A stretch of DNA of 64,000 bases from the human T2T-CHM13v2.0 reference genome, Homo sapiens, in NCBI RefSeq assembly GCF_009914755.1, contig NC_060927.1; one strand, given 5' to 3'. Positions 54,756 through 64,000 of the stretch are shown here, piece by piece. The translations under genes and the position numbers were made by a program. The stretch's first letter is position 1; each line of letters begins with the position of its first letter. Below the pieces are notes generated by a model. It was not told where the DNA came from. It did no database searches and saw only the letters and a list, made by a program, of their open reading frames with translations.

Positions 54756-55873
54756 CTACGGGACAGTGAGCTGGGATGGCATCAGGCTTGCAGAGTGGGC
54801 TTATGAGCTGTTTTGAGCCTGCTCTGCTAATGAATATTCATTTAGTAAATGTCTGTATGTGTGGGAGAATTTGGTCTGAGGCCTGCTTTCATTAAAATTG
54901 GAGCAAGGTTAAAGAAGAACAGCGAACACTCACCAACTCTAACTTCTTCAGCAGCTTCCAAAAGAATCTAAGAGGGATGGGATCAGATTGGCTTCGGTCA
55001 GCTCACAGCAAGTGGGCATCCCACTCACCTCTCTTATGGGAGGGGAAGGGAGATAAGAGCTTTTGATAAATACTCTTCTCTCTAAAAAGACTACCTTTCT
55101 CTTTCCCCAGTTTGGCTCTTATATCAACTTAGGTTGGGGGTGAGGATGGCAGGGTCCATTCTCCTGAAATAGAACACTTTGGTAAGCCCTGGATGGTCCC
55201 AAATTCTGAAGTTGGAATGGGATACTCATGCCCCCTGTTCCTACTGTGGGACCTGGCCCAAATTCTAGAACTACAGGAGATAACTTCCGGCAGGTCCCTA
55301 ACACCATTCTATTACAAATGCATAAACAAGTAGGCATATACAGGAATATATAGAATTAGAGGCCAAAGCCAATTAATTATCTAGGAAAATGCCTTGACAC
55401 ATTTAACTCAATGGTAAAAATAATGCTGGAAGCAAGCTAGAGTCCTACTTGTGGCCTTTCCTTCCCAGTTTCTAGATAAGGACTAGATTGCTGAACACAA
55501 GGCTAATCTCCACACTAAGAAAACCTCCTCACCCTGGGAAGTCGCCTCTGCTATTACCACTTCAGGGCCCAATCTACTTTAATAATAGGCATCTATCAGA
55601 AGAGGGCTGTGAAATAAACAGGCAGTTACAAATACAACAGGCTACATTTACAGGGAAGGAGAACAAGAAGAGATGATATTCCATTTTTTTTTATGTTTTT
55701 AATCTTGCATGTCATTCTCACCAGCTGAAATAGTTTACTGTATCCTTTTTCCACCCACAGCATGCTTGCTGAGTTCTCCTAGCAGAGATCGTGGTAGACA
55801 AGAACACCACATGTATTGGAAGCACAGAAAAGACTTTTATCTTAGCCTTATTGAAAGAAAAAACATATCTAAT

Positions 55874-56251
55874 TGTTGTGGACTAAACTGTGTTGCCTTC
55901 AAATTCATATGTTGAAGCCCTAACCCCTAATGTAATTGTATTTAGAGATAGGGCCTATAAGAAGGTAGTAAAGGTTAAGTGAGGTCATAGGGGTCAGGCC
56001 TTAATCCAATAGGACTAGTGTCTTTATAAAAAGGAGACAACCAAGATCCCCCTCTGTGTGTGTGCATGGGCAGAGGAGGACCCAGCAAGAAGGTGACTGC
56101 AAACCAGGAAAAGAGCCCTCACTGGAAACCACCGCTGCTGGCCCCTTGATCTTGGACTTCTGGCCTTCAGAGCTGTGAAAAAATAAACCTCTGTTGTTGA
56201 AGTCGCCAATTCTGTAGTATTTTCTTATGGCAGCCCAAGCTGACTAATATA
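55874..56251 (+). mobile_element. MLT1A/B solo LTR
   Basis: tgttgtggactaaactgtg...aaattcatatgttgaagccctaacccc...ggcagcccaagctgactaatata. Confidence 0.85.
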
Positions 56252-57656
56252 ATGACATTGAAAGCACTTTCTAAGCATTTAGAAAATGGGTCTCCATTTT
56301 ATCAGGTGGAGTTCTACCAGCTACAGTGTGGAGACTTTTACTCTATCAAAATTGGTGGTGGTGGAGTGGGAGGCAGTGGGTGATAGAAGCTGGGAGAGAA
56401 AAGCTCCTACCATGTGCCATCAGGAGGCAAGTTGTGAATGAAAAATCTAACTCAGTTATTTTTGCTGACCTCATTCAAGACTCAGAGTGAAAGTGGAGCT
56501 CAGGCCAATGCATGTGGCACAGTTGTTAAGCACCAGACCAAAAACCTGGAGATAAAAGCTTCCAAATGGTTGTAGAAATGCCAATTTCCTCTCTTGTTTG
56601 CACTGGAGCAAGTATTACAATTGTTAAGCAAGAAATTTCGATCTGTGCATGTTTGGGTTGGAAAAGCGAGCTTTGGAGAAAACAACCCCTGAAAATTTCA
56701 AAGCAAAATCTTTAAGTAAAGACTAATTCAGAATGAGCTGTTTTTGAGTCTTGAAGTAAATGTAACGATATCTGAATTCCTGAAGCTCAGTTAACAGCTG
56801 AACAGGTTTCAATAAATACAAGCTATATATTTTTCCTACCCTCCTTAAAGCAAATGAATCCCACCAGTTAATAATACTTCTAGGTCACAACATATGAAAT
56901 GTTTGAAATATTTTTAAAATAGCCTTTAAAAAGAAATACTACATTGTTAAATAGCATCTTGGATTAATAAGAGTTTTCTTTTAATATTGCTTTTCTTGCA
57001 ATTTACCTGCATCTAATCACAAATTTCAGCCTGTGGCAGTTTATCAGCGTAAGCATTGCTGAGTTCTCTGATTCCAGCCACAATCAACTATATACTCTTC
57101 AGGATTATACCTCTTTCCAGTGAAAACAAACACTACCACAAGTTATTCCCTTTTCCTATTCATCAACGGGCAATGTCTGAATAGATACCTGGACACCAGT
57201 TGCTGAGATAGGTACAGACTCCATGTGTGAGGGCAGAAAAAGGGAAAGAACAGGAATGGCTTGCTTCTCACGTTCTCTTTGGACCTGAAAACTCTGTCTA
57301 GAAAGTCAACACCAGCACTAGGTGATGTGAGAGAAAGGAAGTGATCACTTTTGTTGAGTTTCTGACTGCCAAATCATATTCTATCAACTTCAACACATTA
57401 TCTCCCAGGAAGAGTAAAAGAGACTTCAGAATGCTATTTTGCAAAAGACAGACCAAAGTGTATCTGTTACCATGTAATTTATACATAGAGATGCTTCTCT
57501 GTTCTTAATTTCTGTCTGTTGTGACTCTCTACGCAATCCCTTGGCTCACAGACATTTAACCTGAGCTATGATTTCATTTCCATATGCTAATCACTTGGTA
57601 CTTATTTTTAGAGCATTTTGTGTGCATGTCTGATTTGTCTTCAAAAGAATACTATA

Positions 57657-57959
<303 letters not shown>

Positions 57960-58109
57960 GAACTGTAAATTTCTTTACAGCAGAGGAACAAAGAACATTC
58001 TGATATGACCACAGCATTCTATATAATAACCCTGTAGAATGAGAAATGAGAAGACAAAAAAACAACAACGAATTCCGTTTATGGTGTGAGCTTAAAGAAT
58101 AGGCATGAG

Positions 58110-59085
58110 AAAAATAAGACCCACTGTGGACATTTATGGGGTTTTGCCTGCTGAAAATCCCCTGCTCTATTTTTCTGTGATGAGCATCCTAGTTTTCATC
58201 TGGGAACTACCCCCATTACCACTTTTAAATGAGATAATTGTGTCTAACATAGGAGTAGATGGCTTTGATCCTACTACTCCCTCAGGCTCCAAGAATTGGC
58301 CCCCGGCCCTAAATCTGGCTAGTTGCAGCCATCTACCTCTTTGGTCCAGGAACTGGTCCAAGACAGACTTGCACCCCAAGTGGCCCAATGAGAGTCTTCC
58401 CCAGGACTATTTGGAAACATCAGATTCTCTTTTTACAGCCTGCTATGGTATGACTCCAAAATTCAGGTGTTCAAACTTAATGTCCAATGTGATAAGATTA
58501 AGAGGTGGGGGCTTAAGAGGTAATTAGGTCAGGAGGGCTCCTCTCTCAGGAATCAGATGAAACCCTTTTTAAATGAAGCTTCACACAGCATTCAGTTCTC
58601 TTGTCCTTCTGTATCCCATCATGTGAGGACACAGCTTTCCTCCCCTCTGGAGGATGCAGCAACATGATCCCATCTTGAAAGCAGAGAGTAGCCTTCACCA
58701 GACACTAAACCTGCCGGCACCTTGATCTTGAACTCACAGCCCCAGACTGTGAGATATACATTTCTGTTCTTTATAAAGTACCCAGTCTCAGGTATTTTGT
58801 TGTAGCAGAACAAACTCAGACACAGGTGTTCCCAAACTGGTTAGATAAAGCCTAGAATTGCTAGCATCAAATCCTGCCTGAGAATAATGCCAACTGAAAG
58901 GGAAGTCAAGCTCAAGGGATAAAGAGAGAAAATCTGAGCTCTGAATTAGTTAGTTGAGCCCATAGATCTAGTTGTGCCTGAAGCTAATCTACCATTTGCT
59001 TTTGCTGGCAAATGTCCTTTTCTTTGGTTTAAACAAGCTTACATTGGAGTGCTGTCACTTACAACCCAAAGTCCCAATTAATACA
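58110..59085 (+). mobile_element. MLT1K-like LTR split by an MST LTR
   Basis: gcccaatgagagtcttcccc...; ends ctgtcacttacaacccaaagtcccaattaataca. Confidence 0.55.
58441..58822 (+). mobile_element. MSTD-type MaLR solo LTR
   Basis: tgctatggt...catgtgaggacacagc..cctcccctctggaggatgcagcaac...cccagtctcaggtattttgttgtagcag. Confidence 0.8.
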
Positions 59086-59568
59086 GGGCCCACTCTCATA
59101 GTGGTCTACATAACGATGTAGTACACCAACTACTTACTAGGAAATGGCGGGATGAGCAGGCAACTGTGGACTCAGATGATATGGGTTCAAATCTTAGCTC
59201 TACTGGGTGTCTTTGAGCAAGGCTTAACCTTTTAGTCTCATTGTTCTTAACTATAAAATGGATATAAAAATATTTATCCCTTGGGCCAATTAGGTAAACT
59301 AAATTAAAAACAGTAGGTGAAATTTGACTGTACCAGCCATTTCCGTATTTCACTTGGTGGCTTAAAAATAGCTCCTCATACCCCTTCCCTTCTCTGCTCT
59401 AACTAGATCATAAACTTCTTACTAGAAAAGCAGGACAGAGTAGACAGTGGCCCTCAAAGTATGGTCTGGAGCCTGCCAGGAACCCCCAAAATCCCTCCAG
59501 GGGGTGCATGAAGTAAAAAATATTTTTATGATAAAACCAAGATGGTATTTGTCATTTTCACTCATTCT

Positions 59569-59867
<299 letters not shown>

Positions 59868-60005
59868 CATTTTCACTCATTCTCTAATAAATGTTCAGTG
59901 GAGTTTTCTAGAGGCTAAAACTTGCGATATCAGAACAAATTTAATGCAGAAGCAGATATGATTAGCCTGTCTTTTATTAAGCTAGACATCAGTATTTGAA
60001 ACAGT

Positions 60006-60326
60006 CTGTAATCCCAGCACTTTGGGAGGCCGAGGTGGGTGGATCACTTGAGGTCAGGAGTTTGAGACCAGCCTGGCCAACATGGTGAAACCGCATCTCT
60101 AGAAAAATACAAAAATTAGCTGGGCATGGTGGTGCGTGCCTGTAATCCCAGCTACTCAGGAGGCAGAGGTTGCAGTGAGCTGAGACTGCTCCATTGCACT
60201 CTAGCCTGGGCGACAGAGCGAGACTCCATCTCAAAAAAAAAGGAAGGAAAGAAAGAAAATAAAAAAGAAAGAAAAAAGAAGGAAAGAAAAAAAGAAAGAA
60301 AGAAAGAAAGAAAAGAAAGAAAGAAA
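60006..60326 (+). mobile_element. AluSz, 5'-truncated, with right-arm deletion and GAAA-rich tail
   Basis: Starts at ctgtaatcccagcac; ctactcaggaggc joined directly to agaggttgcag. Confidence 0.92.
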
Positions 60327-60389
60327 CAATGTCATTGTTCACACTATTTTTTTTTTGTTTTGGAAAACACGTATGTTAACAAGTAATGA

Positions 60390-60713
<324 letters not shown>

Positions 60714-62365
60714 TAAATAAATATTTTTAAAATTAGAGTTTGAATAAAAGATTCAAAGGAAAATGGACATATGTTCTCAGTTCAAAAAGGCCTGGAGAAA
60801 TCCCAATATACTCACCTTTATAGATCTCCTCTCAATATTGGAGGCTATAGGGACATGAAGCATATAACTATTCCTGTTATGCTGTGGGGTACAAAACAGT
60901 ACTGTAAATGTGAGAGGTAAGGCCAGTAATCCATTCTTTAAAAAAAAACACAGAAATGAGCCATATTATATCTCTTTATAGCAGGAAGGGCATGCTTGTT
61001 TGGGAGGGGCATTACCTGCTTCAAACAATGCCTGTGAAAGAAAACGCTCTTCTTAGATAACAATAGAGAAAAGCACCAAATAAGATACGGAAATGTCACA
61101 CACAATTTGTAGCCCAAATTATAAGCTGTTTCCCCTTACTATACAATCTTTCAGAGAAAAATGAAATGTGCCCCATGGGAATAAATAATAGCTAAAGCCA
61201 GCCAAAAATATGGCCTTTAGAAAGAGAAACAATAAAGCATCTATTATTTTTAACAATTTCTCATTGTTTGTCTTGGGAGGGTGGCTTTTTGCTTTTTTCC
61301 TCCTCCTTTCTCTCAAAAGATTCATTTTCAGATTAGTCATAGAGGGCTGGCAAAATGCTGAGAAGTTGAAGGTATTTCAGAGCCGTCTTCTGAGGCAATG
61401 CTCCAAAGCTTTTCAGGGAAAATGATGCCACCCTAGCCTAGAAATCTGTGTGAGCAGCAGAGTTGAAGTGAGGCACAGAGCAGAGACCTCGGGTTACTGA
61501 CCCTTGCCATTTAGCTGAATTTGTAACTGACTTTCTCTGCACTATAGGGAGGAGTTTCCCTAGCAATGATGAAAAACCTGACACAAATTAAATTCTCCAG
61601 GACAATAAACGCACATGGAAACAGGAAGAAACCTTTCAAAAGAAAGGAAAGAAAGAAAATGTGCATTAGAATACGTTTTGGAAGAAAAAAAAATCCCATA
61701 AAAGTGGTAAACACAGGCTATATTGTAGTATTATGGATTGTTAAAAAGAGCTCCCTCTCTATAAAATGGTGCAGCTGCTGTGGAAAACAGTATGGCAGTT
61801 CCTTAAAATATTAAACATAGAATTACCATGTAATCCAGCAATTCCACTTCTGGGTATACTCAATCGAGTTGAAAGCAGGAACATGAAGAGCTATTTGAAT
61901 ACCCACAATCATAGCAGCATTATTCATAATAGCCAAAGGACAAAGTTGTCTAAGAGTACACAGGCAGATGAATGGATACACAAAATGTAATCTATACATA
62001 CGTACAATGGAATATTACTCAGTCTTAAAAAGGAAGGAAATTCTAACATATGCCACAACATGGATAAAACTTGGAAACATGCTAAGTGAAATAATCCAGT
62101 CACAAAAAGACCAACACTGCATGATTCCACTTTGATAAGGTGCCTAGATAGGTTATACTGATAGCAGTCAAATTCATAGAGACAGAAAGTAGAATGATGG
62201 TTGCCAGGGACTAGGTGTATGGGGGAAGAGAATGGGGAGATCTTGTTCAATAAGGATCGAGTTTCAATTTCAGAAGAAGAAACGAGGTCTGGAGATGGGT
62301 GGTGATGGTTGTACAATGATGTAAATACACTTAATGCCACCAAACTGTACACTTAAAAATTGTTA

Positions 62366-63000
<635 letters not shown>

Positions 63001-63074
63001 AAAAATGGTACAATGGTAAATTTTTTTTACACACATTTTACCAAAATGAAAAAGTAAACTGAAAAAGAAAAGCA

Positions 63075-63596
63075 ACAGTCCCCTCTGCCTTTTCCCTTGC
63101 ACTGGGGCACTTTCTGCAATGTGACGTTGCTGAACCTTCCACTAAGAGGCAGAGTCCATCTCCCCTGCCCTCAGATCTGGGTTGGCTCTGGGACTGGCTT
63201 TGACCCACAGAATGTGTTGAAAGTGACATTCTGGGATGTGGGAGTTGAGGTCTTAAGAGGGTTTGGAGCTTCTACTTGCACCCTGGGAACCCATACACCA
63301 TGTAAAAAAGCCCAGCCTAGCTGGCTGGAGAGATAGTCCACATGCAGATAAAGGCCCTCACAGGATGAGAGGCCACGTGGAGAAAAACCAAAGTACCTCA
63401 GCCACCAGTCAGCACCAGGAACCCAGTCAAAGTACTCAGCCACCTTGGATTCTCCAGAACCAGAGGAGCTTCCCCAACCAACAGCACATGGAGCTGAGCC
63501 TTGCCCCAATTTCTGAGAGTAAACAATGGGTCAGTTGTTGTTCTAAGCTATTACATTTTGAGGAGGTTTGCTTCACAACAATAGATAACAGAAACA
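63075..63596 (+). mobile_element. MLT1F-type LTR
   Basis: gcaatgtgacgttgctg...aagaggcagagtcca...gcttcacaacaatagataacagaaaca. Confidence 0.75.
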
Positions 63597-63661
63597 ATCA
63601 TGCAAATATATGCCATTGAATAGAGAATTTCCCCTCACCTTATTCTACTTCTACTGTTTAT

Positions 63662-63860
63662 TACATTCATCAAGTAATTCACACATATTCATCGAATACC
63701 TACTGTGCAGCACGATTTTCTTGGCATTTGAGATCTATTGTACAATCAGTCAAAGGCCTCTGCCCTGAGAAAGCTCACATTTTAAAAGGAGGGGATGGCA
63801 GTAAATAATAAAAAAGTAGACAGTATGTGACAAAGGAAGTGCAATGGAAAAGGAAACAGT
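63662..63860 (-). mobile_element. L2 fragment
   Basis: atattcatcgaatacctactgtg...ctctgccctgagaaagctcacatttt. Confidence 0.6.
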
Positions 63861-64000
63861 AGAACAAAATGTTAAGGATTGGCATCAGAAGAAATACAGA
63901 TACAGGCATTTCTACTTAGTGGGCCTGTACCAAGTCTCTTCTGTGAAAAGATAATTCATCTTTTCTTTCTTATAGTTTTTGTTATCTGACCTTTTCTGAT

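Noticed and set aside
61924-62352. 142-aa hydrophobic ORF
   Set aside because: Antisense reading of an L1MB 3' region.
63950-64000. Plus-strand acceptor-like ttttctttcttatag
   Set aside because: At the window edge with no exon or donor visible, so it cannot be supported.

Overview
Primate (almost certainly human) genomic DNA. It is mostly non-coding and dominated by interspersed repeats: about 14 Alus, old L1M/L1PA fragments, L2, MIR, MaLR and ERV1 solo LTRs, and hAT-Charlie DNA transposons. The one clear gene signal is a small CpG-rich promoter at ~17.26-17.85 kb. It drives a minus-strand gene with a GC-rich, apparently non-coding first exon ending at a perfect CGG|GTAAGT donor (17477/17476). 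A plausible second exon lies at 14586-14674 and carries a strong-Kozak ATG. On that model 1-17.5 kb is intronic and 18-64 kb is upstream sequence. I could not recognise the gene and give no symbol. None of the listed six-frame ORFs looks like a real protein-coding gene; many are read through Alu, L1, LTR or simple repeats. I found no CRISPR array, RNA gene or new multi-gene system. The most interesting observations are regulatory and splicing candidates around the promoter and several unusual transposon structures. Repeat subfamily names come from recalled consensus motifs, and boundaries of old repeats are approximate.
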